From Isurus oxyrinchus (taxonomy: Eukaryota), in contig JANJGN010000034.1 in NCBI GenBank assembly GCA_026770705.1, forward strand, positions 3,844,001 to 3,908,000: DNA of 64,000 nt, in the 5' to 3' direction. Under the pieces are notes generated by a model. That model was not told the DNA's origin. It ran no database searches and saw nothing but the letters and a program-made list of their open reading frames with translations. A program made the translations under genes and the position numbers. This document shows, one piece after another, positions 40,410 through 53,177 of this stretch (positions within the stretch are counted from its first letter, which is position 1; each line of letters starts with the position of its first letter).

Positions 40410-41708
40410 AGTGATTGTGAGCATGGCTTTTACAGAGCGAGGTCATGCCTATCAACATGGTTGAATTTTTTTGAGGAGGTGACATGGTATGTAGATGAGG
40501 CTCGTGCTGTTCATGCTGTTTATATGGATTTGAGCAAAGCCTTTGACAAGAGCCCACATAGGAGACTTATAAAGAAAACAAATGCTCATGGGTAAAAGGG
40601 TGATTTCATGAGGTGGATTCAAAAGTTGCTTAGTTTTACGTGACAGAGTGTGATGATAGAAGTTGCTTTAGTGACTCGAAGCCCACGTCCAGGGGTGTAC
40701 CGCAGAGACCTGTGCTGGGTTCACTACTATGTGCCAAATAGTTAAGCGACATAGATGACTATGTGGGGCTTAGGATTAGTAAGTTTGAGGATGACACAAA
40801 AATTGGGCGGCTGGTTAACATTGAGGTTCACTGTCTTGGGCTACAGGAAGATACAGATGGAATGGTCAAATGGGCTAATAAGTGGCAGATGGAATTTAAC
40901 CCTGAAACCTGTGAGGTGATACACTTTGGAAGGAGGAATTTGACAAAGAAGTATTCAATGAATGGCATGACACTGTGAAGTTCTGAGGAACAAAGGGACC
41001 TTTGCGTGTTTGTCCATAGATCTCTGAAAGCGGAGGCACATGTTAGCAGGGTGATGAAAAAGGCATATGGGAAACTAGACTTTATCAATCGAGGCATACA
41101 TTACAAAAGTAAGGAGGTCATGTTGGAGTTGCCTAGAACCACGGTGAGGCCTGAGCTGGAGCACCGTGTGCAGTTCTAGTCGCCACATTGTAGGAAGGAT
41201 GGGATTACATTGACGGAGGTGCAGAGGAGATTCATCTGGACGTTGCCTGGGATGAAATATGTAAGATATGAAGACACGTTAGGTAGACCTGTGTTGTTTT
41301 CGTTGAAGCGGAAAAAAAACTGAGGGGCGACTTTAACGAGGTTTAAGATATTATTAGGGTCATGAGTAGGGTGGATAGGGAGCAGCTGTTCCCTTAGTTG
41401 ACGGATCGGTCACAATGAGAAAAAAAAATCAAGTTGAATGGCAGGAAATTAAGAGGGGGTGTGAGGAACAATTGTTTTAACCAGAGTGTGTTGAAGGTCT
41501 GGAATGCAGACACTGCGAAGGAGATGGATGCGGGCTGTCTCAGATGCTTTATGTAGTACCTGGGTGAGCACTTGGCTTGTCATAACATTAAAGGATATGG
41601 GCGAAATGCTGATAAATAGGATTAGGTAGATAGGTCAGGTGTTTCTCACTTGTCGCTGCAGACTAATCGACCAAAGGGCCTCTTCTGCACTGTGTGATTC
41701 TGTGATTA
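40410..41708 (+). mobile_element. Relatively young 5'-truncated CR1 LINE
   Basis: HGF...RSCLxNxxEFFEEVT, YMDxSKAFDKxPH, GVPQxxVLG, SKFEDDTKIG, WQMEFNPExCEVIHFG; 3' tail gtgattctgtgatt. Confidence 0.9.
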
Positions 41709-41709
41709 C

Positions 41710-41736
41710 CTCCATTTATGTAAGTAGGTCGATGTC
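41710..41736 (-). CDS. Candidate linker micro-exon, (G)HRPTYING (27 nt; or 36 nt to 41745, (G)SAGHRPTYING)
   Basis: Donor gag|gtaatc with two in-frame AG acceptors; open in phase 1. It lies between C1 and E2, the position D2 occupies in the next repeat. No clear paralog. Confidence 0.4.
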
Positions 41737-43146
41737 CTGCAGATCCTAAATGCACAATAACATTTAACAGTTATTATTATAATAAAGTGTTAAAAATGAA
41801 ACACGTTTGCTGGGCTGCATTCAACATGTCAACTTTGAGTTTGATTGAATGTTGCCCAAATTATTGATTCCAATGATATTTCCCTTCATTTCATTGTTAG
41901 GGTGGATTGTTGAAATTGCCCAATGCATTCAATCCATGTGTTTCAGCCATTTGCAAAAAAAAAAAATCATGAAACAAGTATTCCCTCTTTCCTCTGACGA
42001 GTTATCTGTAGTTAAATTTAGAATAATTCTGAAAGTTTCCATTCAAAGCATTCTACACGGAAGGGTTTTATGGTCTTAAATGTAGACAATAAACTTTGGA
42101 TTTCATTCAGAACAAAAAACGAGCGAAGTGCCAATCTTAGATTTAAAGTAATGCACCATTTTCATTCGGTGGCCAAAATCTTTCAGTTGGGTTTGAAGGA
42201 ACGACAGACAACATTGCCTTTTTTAGAAACATGCCCACAGCAGTTCATCTGCTATAGCGTGTGGAACTCTTCCATCAGGACATCAGTTTTCTGAAAGGCA
42301 AAATGGTCGGTAGCATTCTGCAGCAGTGAAAAGAGAAGGCTGCTTAACCAATCGAAATGGATTGTTAGCATAGTTAACTTTCAGGATGTAAATGTCACAA
42401 GCCATAATACATATTGAGATCAGCTTTCAGAAAGGCTGACTAAGGTTTATTGTATTTTTCTTATTTACAGTGATAACAATGGATAATTGATTGCAACTGC
42501 TAGCAATCATTGCCTTGAACAGTGATTATATCTACAAAAAATGCAGCGCCTCTGAAGAAGCAATGGCTACCCAAGAGAAACCACCGATTTATCTCCATTT
42601 TCCTATGTCATCATTGCAAATCATGTCAGCATCTTCCAGAGCACTGTTAAAATATTTTTGGAATCAGTAAAGAGGCGAAGCGGGGCATTATGAAATTAAA
42701 TAATATACATGAACTGCAGTGCTGGCTAAAATGATCCACTTCAATGTATTTAATTGTTGTCCACAACCGAGAGCAGTAGTGGGTTGGATGTCGCACGGGC
42801 TCATTCAAATTTTCGGAAGTTTTTTTTTCAAGCAATGCATGGATCTGCTTATGGCACAGCCGCAGATCTCCTCACTGAATAGCCTCATAGAGTATAAACG
42901 CATCATGTCAAGATTGCAGTGCTGGACTTATTTCAATGACATATCAAGGTGAGAATTAATTATCGAGAATTTGTTTATTTTATCAGAAATATAGGTGTAA
43001 CGCTGTTTAGCTGCGATTTAATATAAGTCATTATTGGCCACAGATTGTGCTGTTTGCTGCAGCGTACTATACTTATATACACCAGTCTGTCAGTATATAA
43101 TTGTCCATCTATCTACCAACCTACATCCGCCATTCTCTCTAACTAC

Positions 43147-43328
43147 NNNNNNNNNNNNNNNNNNNNNNNNNNNNNNNNNNNNNNNNNNNNNNNNNNNNNN
43201 NNNNNNNNNNNNNNNNNNNNNNNNNNNNNNNNNNNNNNNNNNNNNNNNNNNNNNNNNNNNNNNNNNNNNNNNNNNNNNNNNNNNNNNNNNNNNNNNNNNN
43301 NNNNNNNNNNNNNNNNNNNNNNNNNNNN
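43147..43328. other. Assembly gap (182 N)
   Basis: Run of N flanked by degenerate (CTAT)n. Confidence 0.99.
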
Positions 43329-43388
43329 ATCTATCTATGCATCTATCTATTGTTTTACCTATCGACTGATCTATCCATCCATCTCCCT

Positions 43389-43448
<60 letters not shown>
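43329..43448. repeat. Compound microsatellite (CTAT)n-(CT)n-(TA)n
   Basis: Read directly from the sequence. Confidence 0.92.
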
Positions 43449-43455
<7 letters not shown>

Positions 43456-43669
43456 AAATATTATACATATTTATATTATAATTCTGTGTTTGTGGTTTAT
43501 TATGCGGACCAATCCATAGAGTTGCGCTTTGTACTGAAGTATGTACAAGTGTTTGTAATGGATGAGTTGTTTCCCTGCTTCACAACAATGCTAGCACCTT
43601 GGACGACATGTCTCATGAATGAAAAATAGAGGTTAAATTGTATTTTTCTGCTTTTCTTTTGGTTATTGG

Positions 43670-45060
43670 GTGTACGAATATCTGCCAAGGCCGGCATTCA
43701 TTATACAGTCTAAGGTTCTCATGAAATGATGGTGGTCAGTAAATTTCTGGCAGATGTTATGAAAAAGCTGCAGTGCTAAGATATACCAAAGAAGTCAATG
43801 CTGTTGGGAAGCAGGTACCAGGAATCTAATGCAGCTACAATGAAGACCGGCTATCTTTCTATCTATCTATCGCTCTATCGGTGTTTGCTGATCATGGCAA
43901 TGTTTAGCTCCAACTCTTGCTGAAGTTTGAATTGGAAAAAAATCTTGCAGCTGCTGGAATTTAGATGTGTCTGCTATCTTTGCGGTTCTAAGTGCTAGAA
44001 GTCGTGAGTTTGGGAAGTACTGCCAAAGGAAGCTTAGACTACTGCTAAAATCAATTGTGTTGATTGTGCACACTCCTGCCACTCTGTACCATTAATGAAG
44101 GGAGAAAACCTTTAAAATCATTGACAAGGCACTGATCAAGTGAGTTGCCATTTGTTAAATCATGTCGAGGTGCTTCAGTGTTCTCGATATTTCATTCGGC
44201 AGGCACGTGGATTTCATAAGATCGCCTTATTGACGTGTTAATGTGATTTGTAATTAGTCCCGGGAGAATGAGAAGGTGATGTCATCCTTGGAGAATTGGG
44301 AAAATATGTTCTCACCTCAATGCTTACATAGCTCATCTGGTTAATTTTCTGCATATCCGTAAGCGTCGGGATGTTGACTTTGGGGTAATCAGGTACGACA
44401 AGAACGGCAAATGGGTAGATGATCTTGAATTGGAGCTCATTGCTTGTGCTTACATTGTGCCAAGGTCACTTGCCAATATCAGCCCAAAACTAAATGGTGT
44501 CCTGATATTGCTACGCGCTCAAATGGACTGTTTTACTATCTGAGGGAAATTTACATGTCTCCATGACATTTCCATCATCAACATACACTTTCCACTTCCG
44601 ACGATTTGAATGAGGGAAAGTCATTGATAAAGACGCTGTAGATGATTTGATGATAGAACTTTGCCGTGACGGATTCATCTGGAAAATGTTCTTTGACTGT
44701 GGTTATTGGCCTGCAGTAACTGAAAAAAATGCATCTTTTAGATTGTCATTAGCTAGTAGAATTTTCCGCCAAATTTCCAGTGAGATCACTTTTGCTGGGC
44801 CTCCTTTATAACATGCCCAGAAAAAGAATGTTGCCGCGATGTTAATGTACTTCAATGGCACCGTGCCTCTTGAATTTATCTCGTTTTCCCTGGCTTGATA
44901 TAACGTATGATGTCAGGAGCAGCATGTCCCTGTTGAAACGTAGACTGCGCATTGAGCAGCACGTTGAGGCTGAGTAAATGCTGAATTATGGGAAGTTAGA
45001 TAGCGGATTCCAAAGCATTGCTTACATATTTTCTACATTTTACATGAGAAAGCTAGGCAA
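43670..45060 (-). mobile_element. Decayed family-B LINE, 3' end through RT
   Basis: ctgccaaggccggcattc 3' end; ccatcatcaacatacactttcc (reverse of xFxDD); gaaagtcattgataaag. Confidence 0.6.
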
Positions 45061-45309
45061 TATTCCAAATTCTCACATAGCTGCCAATTTGTCGTTTATG
45101 AGGGGGAGGGGGGAGGGGGTGTGGGGTCGGGGAGTGATGTTGGGGTGGGAGAACTTTTCAGGCCATGGTTGGTCGTGGAACACAAACATTCACTGCTGTA
45201 GCAAAAATGCCATTTACCATGGATTATGCTATCTGCAGCGACTTCTGCCGCTTACTTGTCTAAGTGGAAGCGATATTTATTTTGTCCTGTTTTGTTTCTG
45301 TTCATTTTT

Positions 45310-46520
45310 GTGATGTCTACGCCGCTAGCTAGGCCAACATTTGAGTCCCCATTTCTAATTAACCTTCAGGAGGCATTGGCCAGCTGCCAATTTGAAACTC
45401 TACGCCCCCTGATGTTTCGGTGCACCTTCAGTGCTGTTGGGGAGGGAGATGCATGCTTCTGACCTAAATGAAGGTAAAGGTCGGTGATATGTAATCAATG
45501 CGAGGATGACAACTTGTTTTGGGGGAGATTCGTTGCACTGGTATTTCCATATATCTGATGTCCTTGTTTATATAAATGATGGAGGTGGGGGTTGTTGGGG
45601 GGGGGGGGGGGGGGGGGGGCGGCGGGGAGTGGTGGTGGTGGCAAGTACTGCCTGAGGACACTTGGTGTTTTTTCTGCTCTGGGAATTGTAGATATGGTAG
45701 ACTGCTCTCATTGTCCGTGGGTTCAGGGGGAATTGAAATTTTTTTGGAAGGGTTTCCAATGAAATGGAATGATTTACTTGGATGATGAAAAGATACTTAA
45801 TGTTTTTGGAGCTGCAGTCATCCAGGCAATTGGATAAATTTGCATTATACTCCTGACATGTGCCTTATTGCTGTTGGATGGCATTAGTTAGTCCGAAGGT
45901 GAGTTTCTCGCCGCAGGTTTCCTCACCTCTGACGTGTTCTTGTAGCTGATTCAGCTTGGTTTAGGTCAGGGGTATCGCACATGATGTTGATAGTAAGAGA
46001 TTCGGCGATGGTTATGTCATGCAATGTCAAAGAGCATTTGTTAGATACTCTCTTGTTGAAGATGGTATTTGTCTGTTACGATTTATACTTGCCATTGGTG
46101 ATCGCCCAGGTCTTGTTTCATTTATATTTCTATTTTTTCAGTACCTAAGGAGTCGTGAATAGTCCTGATTTTGTGCAGTCAGCAACGCACTTCCCCACTC
46201 CTGACCGCATGATAGAAGGCTGTTAATTTACGAAGCAGCAGAAGAATGTTGGGCCTAGGACGCTACCCTGAGGAACTCCTGCTGTGATGATATGGAATTA
46301 AAAAGCCATAAGTCCAGCAGCCACAATGATCTTTCTTTGTTCTTTGCATCACTACGACCACTGGAATGCTATCCCCATGATACTGATGGGCATCATTGCT
46401 TATATAGCTCATGGATGCCACAACCTGTACAATTAAGTCTTGATGTCGCACACATTCACTCTCAGCTCACCAGTGGCGTTCAGCTCTTTTGTTCATGCTT
46501 TGACCAAGGACGCAAGTAAC
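45310..46520 (-). mobile_element. Family-B LINE, 3' end through RT, containing a poly-G expansion
   Basis: gttgggcctaggacgctaccctgaggaactcctgc is the reverse of AGVPQGSVLGP; cttgatgtc is the reverse of DIK. Confidence 0.72.
45581..45642. repeat. G23 homopolymer within G-rich tract
   Basis: G run at 45597-45619 plus GGT repeats. Confidence 0.9.
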
Positions 46521-47249
46521 CGATTAGACTGAAGTCTTACATTGTAATCCTGCAGACGTCTGGTAAGACCAAGATGGATCAGGAAAGCAGCACTTCAAGA
46601 TCAAGATTTGTTGAAATTTCTGCTGTTCTAATGTGCTTTCCTCCACCATCATTTGGTTAGCAATATTTGTGATGATTTTTTTCCTTCTGCTACGTGTACA
46701 ATTCCTAGCGCCATTCGAGTCCAAATTTGGCAAAATAGTACCGCATGTCAGGTTAAAAACGTTTACAAAATAGCACAACACATTCTGCAGCTGAGCCCTC
46801 GTTGTAAGAATATGATCCCAACATTACGGGAACTGAAGTGGTGGAAAAGGGGAGGGCGGCAGTAAAAACAATCACTATAAATGGTTAAGTAAATTTACTA
46901 ATTGCTAAAATGTCAATTGAGTGTGCTACCCTGAATACAGATGCTTAAATGAAGAACCTGCATATGTAGATGGTGGCTTGGTTGCAGTCTTCCGAAATCA
47001 TATCAGCTGCCACACTGTTCCTAAAAGTATATCAACTGATGGTTTTCAGTGTATTATTTTCTCATGATCAGCTAACTAACAGGAAACTTAGAGGTCGTAT
47101 AAATGTACCATTTATAGACTGGGAAACTGCACATAATGCGGTGCTGGGGCATCAAAAATTTGCAAACGATACTGAAGACTCGGATGCTATGCTGTCACTC
47201 ATTCTGCTGATTTTTCAGTGATAACTTCGGAAACAACATGTGCAGAAAA

Positions 47250-47925
47250 TGCTGGAAGTTAGCGAAGGAATGCAGGGATGGCATTTTACTGGGGGAATTG
47301 AGAGATGGCATAGAGCGTTGGCAAATGTGACATCAAACCAGCTTGGAATACTGTGGACATCCTAGGTTTGCTTATTTAAGGGGCAATATATTTGGATTCG
47401 AACTAGTTCACCAACTTTTTGCTCTGGTTTATTCCAGAGGCGAAGGCGTTTTCTTATGAGGAACCACTGGCAGCCTGGACGTGCCTTCATTGGAGCCTAG
47501 GAGAATGATCAATGTTCCTAATGAATAAAAAAAAATGTTCAGAATATGATAAAATTCATGATGCGAGATCCTTCTTCTCATTGGTCAATCTCGAACTTTG
47601 AGGAAGAGTTTAAAATGTTGGCACTCTCTGGAAAGGAAGGAGGAGAGGACGGCGGGTTGTTGGGGTCAGCAGAGACACAGCTTCTCTCAGATCTTCGTTG
47701 ATGCTTAACATTGCATCACACAGAACGCAGAGGCGATTCGGTTATTGATCATTTTCAGTGCTGAGTTGGGCAGCCTTTGATCATGCAACCGAATTAAAGT
47801 ACTGAGAGGTGGGAAGGATGGAACGTCATGTTAGAGTCACAATCAGATCATGGATGCAATTATTGAATGGCGTAACAGCTTGGAAGGGGCCAATCACCCT
47901 ATTCCTTATGTTCTCATGTTCTAAT
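47250..47925 (+). mobile_element. Decayed CR1 3' fragment
   Basis: cttggaatactgtg (LEYC); atcagatcatgg...ttgaatggcg...ttccttatgttctcatgttct tail. Confidence 0.58.
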
Positions 47926-49199
47926 CAGCAAGAGCTTCAATTAACCATGCTTGACTTAATACAATTTCCTCTTATGGGGTGTAGTAACAATGTTGAACAC
48001 TCCCAAGATCATTGCCCACACATTGTACACTGCTCTGTCTCCACATATTTTAGGCCTGGCCTACTGGTCAATTCAATATTAAATCTGTCCCCACAGTTAA
48101 TGTATTCAGATAGCACTTATTTTCCCCCCCTTTACTTTAGGTGAACTCTCATCAAAAATTCCGCCTTCGGAAGCAACTTCTCCTGATGATTGGCATGGAA
48201 TCTATTAAATTGTTTTTAATGATCATTGCACATGATTCATGTGGCGTATCCAGATAATTATCAGAATAGCAGTCATACATCATTCCGGTAGTTGCCTCTT
48301 AGTTATAACCGATGGAGAAAACAATTTTGCACTAGCTGCAGAGACGGGAGGCAATACTGAAAATTCGCACAACTTGTTCTATTAAATTCACGTTACCTAT
48401 TTAAGCCAGTTATCAAAAAGAAAACGCATAATCTGGATAATAATATTGTCAGCCATAAGCAAATGTATTCACATGCTCATATGCATCAGTTATGTTGCTG
48501 TTGAAAATTAACTCTGAAAAACCTAACACCAAACCTAATCTACTAACACCAAATATAACATGTGAAAAAGTTTAGACCATGTTGTGCATACCATGGGAAA
48601 TTGGAAACATAATGGGGCTTTTTCAAATTGTGGAACTATTGTTGCAGATCATGATTGATATGCCAATTAACTCCATCAACTGATCCTGTCTTTAATTAAG
48701 TATGGCAAAGAAAAAGCCCATGTTTGTAATTGTCAACAGGCATAACCTTGTCAGCCTAGCGTGGACGACATTTCCAGACTCATAGCACACTCTATGTGAA
48801 GCGGCACCATATGATATCTCTGAACGGAACGACAAATGTTTTATGTCTGACTAATTTCCGGGTGTTGGCCGACCACTCTTGTAAAAAAAAGAACAGGGAA
48901 CTTAATATTTCAAACGTGGATTGATTTGGCTAAGATCTGTTTGCAAGGAATAAAGTTCCCTACAATTGAAACTAATGATACCATAAATACCTTGTTGCAA
49001 TTCTGCACATATCGACATGAATTGAAGTGCCCAATTTCATAAATATAGTTATAACTACGGTACAATGATTCAGATAACCTCGCCACCGATTGGCCAAACG
49101 TCCTGCGCTAAAGTATAAGAAGAGACATCTCGATATCGGCGTATGGTGCATGGATGGTGACGAAACCGTTCAGAAAGACTGTACTCGTAATGATAGATG

Positions 49200-51800
49200 A
49201 ATGATTAACGAACTTACAATAAAGAATCAAGTTGTTTAGAATAATCATAACATGATTGTATTTAACACCCAGTTCGAGGGCAAGCAACGTGAAATTGTAA
49301 TTACAAATTCAATGAAAAATAATATTTGCAAGAGTATGATAGCAGAGTTTCCTGAAGTCTATTGGGAAAGTAGCTGAAAATAATAAAATGGTCGAGAAGC
49401 ATTGGCATTCATTTAAGGAAACATTTCACATTTTTCAACAAAGAAATGTTCTTTTAAGAAAGAAATACCAAATGTTAAGGCTGCACCATCTGTGGCAAAA
49501 TACGACCCTTAATGATCATATTAAATTATAAAACGGCAAATGCAATGCTCTAAAGTGCATTATGAGGTCAGAATACTTGAAAAAACTTATAAATCTGCAG
49601 GTTATGAGAGAAAATAAGAAAGTGGAAATTGTAGCATGAGAGAAATCGATCAAGAGATATGCAAACATCGAGTAAAAATGACAAGTCATGTTTAAAAAGG
49701 GAGAGAATAAAATCAAAGCTAACGTATGCGTTGTTCCCTTGGGAGGATGTGCCTTGGGACTTAAAAATAGGAACAAGAAACTGCATGGACTTTGAATATG
49801 CATTTTGTATTTGCCTTCGCAGTAGAAGACACAAAACGAATGCCAGGAAAAATACAGATAATAGGGCAATAGTGAGGTCGAAATGTAAAATAATTACGAT
49901 CATTGCTTAAAAGAATTGGAAAAGGTAAGTGGTCTCAGGACTTGTAAGGCAGTTTGATTTGATGGCTCTACATCTTACGTTATAAAGGTTAGTGGTTGCA
50001 GAGACTTGCGATGGTTGTAATCTTCCAAAGTGTAATAGATTTTGTAGCAAGTGTACTGATGTTTGGAAACTTAAAATGTAACTCCATTATTAAAAAAAAA
50101 TGAAATCAGGAAGGACGTAGGCTATCATATGGCATTGGAAAACGCTGGAGTTCATTAATAATAGAAGTCCACAGGAACATAAACATAAATCAAAATGCAA
50201 CAAGGCAATGTCTAAATAATATTCTGAATTGGGTTTCGAATTTATTAAATTAACTGGAGAACCTAAAAGGTGCAACAATTAAGGTTGGCAAAGCATAAGA
50301 TGTGTCGTGCATTTGACTTTTCAAAAGACATTTGATAAGTTTCAGCAGTAAAAAAAAACTAACTTGGAAGTCCGAACTCAAGGCGTTCGAACGTGAAATA
50401 TACACATTCATTAAGGCAAAGGAAACAGGCAGTGGTGATAAATCATTCGTTTTTTCTCTTAGGTTTGAAATCTCTATTGGGTGGAGTCAGAAGCGCATCA
50501 GTGTTCGGGCCTCAATTAGTTGCCATCCGTGTTAATGATTTGACTTCATTGACACGTTGTATTGCAGGAACATTTTCCGTCTAGTCAATGGTGGCTAGGG
50601 GCGCAGCATGTGAATGTAAGGATGAAGATGAGCGTGAAAGTGACATAGATAAGTCAGGTGAGAGGCGGCAAGATGGTAGATGTAATGGGATAATACTTGA
50701 GGATGTCTACTTTTGAAGGAAGAATGTGAAATCAGTCCATTATTTACATGGAGCGAGCTGCAGGACTCCGCAGTGCAGTCTACCATGTGTCCATCTGCAT
50801 GAATCGGAGAAAGAAAATGTGTACAGGTAAATCAATTAATTAACAGCACAAATGGAATGTTGGAATTTATTACAATGGGGTTAAACTATTTAATTTGAGA
50901 AGACTTGCTACATTTCTACAGCATTAGCTGAAACCATATCTAGTTTATTTTGCGTAGTTTTGCTTTTGTTACAGATTGAAGGATAAATTTGCATTGGAAG
51001 CATTACAGAGAATGTTCACCACCATGATTCCTTAGATAGAAATAATATCCTACGATGTGAGTTTGAGCAGGATGGGCTAAAAGCCCATTTCGAAGGATGG
51101 AAGGCGATCTCGTTGAAAATATACGATTCTTAAGTGGCTTGACAGGATAGATGCTCAGAGAATGTATTAATTCGTCAGAGAAACTCGAACTGGGAGGCAT
51201 TTTTTAAAAATAAAGAATCCTCTATTTATGTCAGAAATTGTGAACAATTTCTGCTGTCAGAGATGTGTTCGTCTTCGAGTGTACTTCCTCAGAGAACAGG
51301 GTCCAACTGATTTGGACATTCCTTTTATTTTGACTGCAAGAGACTTGCTGCCGGTGGAGGGTGAAACTGCTGAAGACAGGGTGCGAAAGTTTGACAATTA
51401 TGGTGAACGAGAAAGAAACGGGAGTAATGAAGAGGTAATTGTGGGTGAGGGAATGTGCTATGGAACGTGAAAGTAGGGAAAATAGGTCCCGCTCAAATCC
51501 TTTATTCTGCTCGCTGAACAACTGAGGCCATCCCAATCGTTTAATGAGTGAAGCCGTCTTCGCGCTCAATAACTCATGTACACCTCAAATGTTTACCACT
51601 GATTCAAAATATGAAATGGAGATACACATTGGATGTTTTTTACAAAGAAAGTTTGGCAAGCACTGTGCAAGTATATCTATGGCCTACACTGAAGTCCTAG
51701 GATTTAGTTTTTATGGCAGCTGGCAGGACGTTAGATTTAACGCCATTATCAGATCAGCGTAATCATATCAAATGGTGAAACAAGTTGGCTTGGACAAATA
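49200..51800 (+). mobile_element. Long decayed CR1 ORF2
   Basis: gacttttcaaaagacatttgataag (DFQKxFDK), tcagtgttcgggcctcaa (SVxGPQ), gaaggcgatctcgttgaa (GDLxE). Confidence 0.62.
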
Positions 51801-52923
51801 AGACAATAAAACACAGGAAATTAGGCCATTTGGCCCAATGAGTCTGCTGCGCCATTCAATCCTGGCTGAAAAATTTTGCTAACCCATACTCCTTCCTTCT
51901 CCCCTAACCTTCCATAATCATGAACCTATCTATCTCGGTCTTAAATACTCTCAAAGACCTGGCTACCACTGAATTCTGTGGTAATGAATTCCATAGATTC
52001 ACCACTCTCTGGTTAAATAGATTTCTCCTCATCTCTGCTCTAAAAGGTCTCCCCTTTACTCTGAGGCCGTTTTTCTCGGGTCCTAGTATCTCCTACTAAT
52101 GGAAATATCTTACCCACGTCCACGCTATCCAGGCATTTCAGTATTTTGTAACTTTGAATCAAATCCCCCCTCATCCTTCTAAACGCCATCGAGTATAGAC
52201 CCAGATTCCTGTAACGTTCCTCATATGTTAAGACTTTCATTCCTGGGATCGTTCTTGTGAAACTCATCTGGAACTTCTCTAGGGCCAGCACTTCTTTCCT
52301 GAGTCTGGGGCCCAAGATTACTCGCAATATTCCAAATGCGGTCTGGCCAGAGCCTTATAAAGACTCAGCAGCACATCGCTGCTTTTACATTCTAGTACTC
52401 TCGAAGTAGATGCCACCATTGCATTTTCCTCAGTAACTACCGACTCAATATGCAAGTTAACCTTCAGAGAATGCTGAACTAGGTTTGCCAAGTCCCTTTG
52501 CACTCCAGATTTCTATATTATCTCCCCATTTAGAAAATAGTTTATGCCTCTCACCTTCCTACCAAACTGCATGACCTCACGTTGTTTCCCATCTGCCAGT
52601 TTTTTGCCCATTCTCGTAACCAGTCCAAAACCTGCTGCAGCTTCTCCGCCTTCTTAATACTACCTGTCCCTCCACCAATCTACTTCATCTGTAAACTTTT
52701 CCAGGATGCCCTCAGTTAGATCATTAATGTATAAAGTGAAAAGTTGTGACCCCAACACCGACACCTGCGGAGGTCTTTTAGTCATCAACCGCCATCCTGA
52801 GATGGACCACCTTATCCACACTCTCTGCCCTCTGCCAGACAGCCAATCTTCTATCCATGCCAGTACCTTTCCTCTAACACCATGGACACGTATCTCTCTG
52901 TGCAGTCTCCTGTGCGGCACCCT
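51800..52923 (-). mobile_element. Relatively young 5'-truncated CR1 LINE
   Basis: Minus ORFs read VPHRRL..IRVHGVRGKVLAWIEDWL, SVLGSQLFTLYINDL, LYKALARPHLEYC and RRMRGDLIQ. Confidence 0.9.
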
Positions 52924-53141
52924 TTCCTATTTCTGTCACCTTATTGCACTTACGATTAAAATATTAAATAACGTTGGTGTTAATAGAGCAGCATAACATA
53001 CATGGTTGTCAAAGCAGATAGTGAATATGCTGGGAGCCAGCACGTTAACACAAGCACGTTCACACTAACAGCATTACATTGTAAACTAAAATTATGCATT
53101 TTTAGGTTTGGAAGCAGAGATCAACATCTGACTTTCCTGAC

Positions 53142-53177
53142 CTTTGCCTTTTAGTTCTTCCTTTAATTTTTTTATTT
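53142..53177 (-). CDS. 36-nt micro-exon C1, (E)IKKLKEELKGK
   Basis: acattttgcattgcag|AAATAAAAAAATTAAAGGAAGAACTAAAAGGCAAAG|gtcagg. 27/36 nt identical to C3 at 7564-7599. Confidence 0.85.

Noticed and set aside
43034-43629. Long ORFs containing X runs
   Set aside because: Artefacts of the N gap and microsatellites.
49087-49107. 21-nt box (A)QDVWPI with a strong acceptor, a possible D1
   Set aside because: The donor tcg|gtggcg is very weak and similarity to D2 is marginal.
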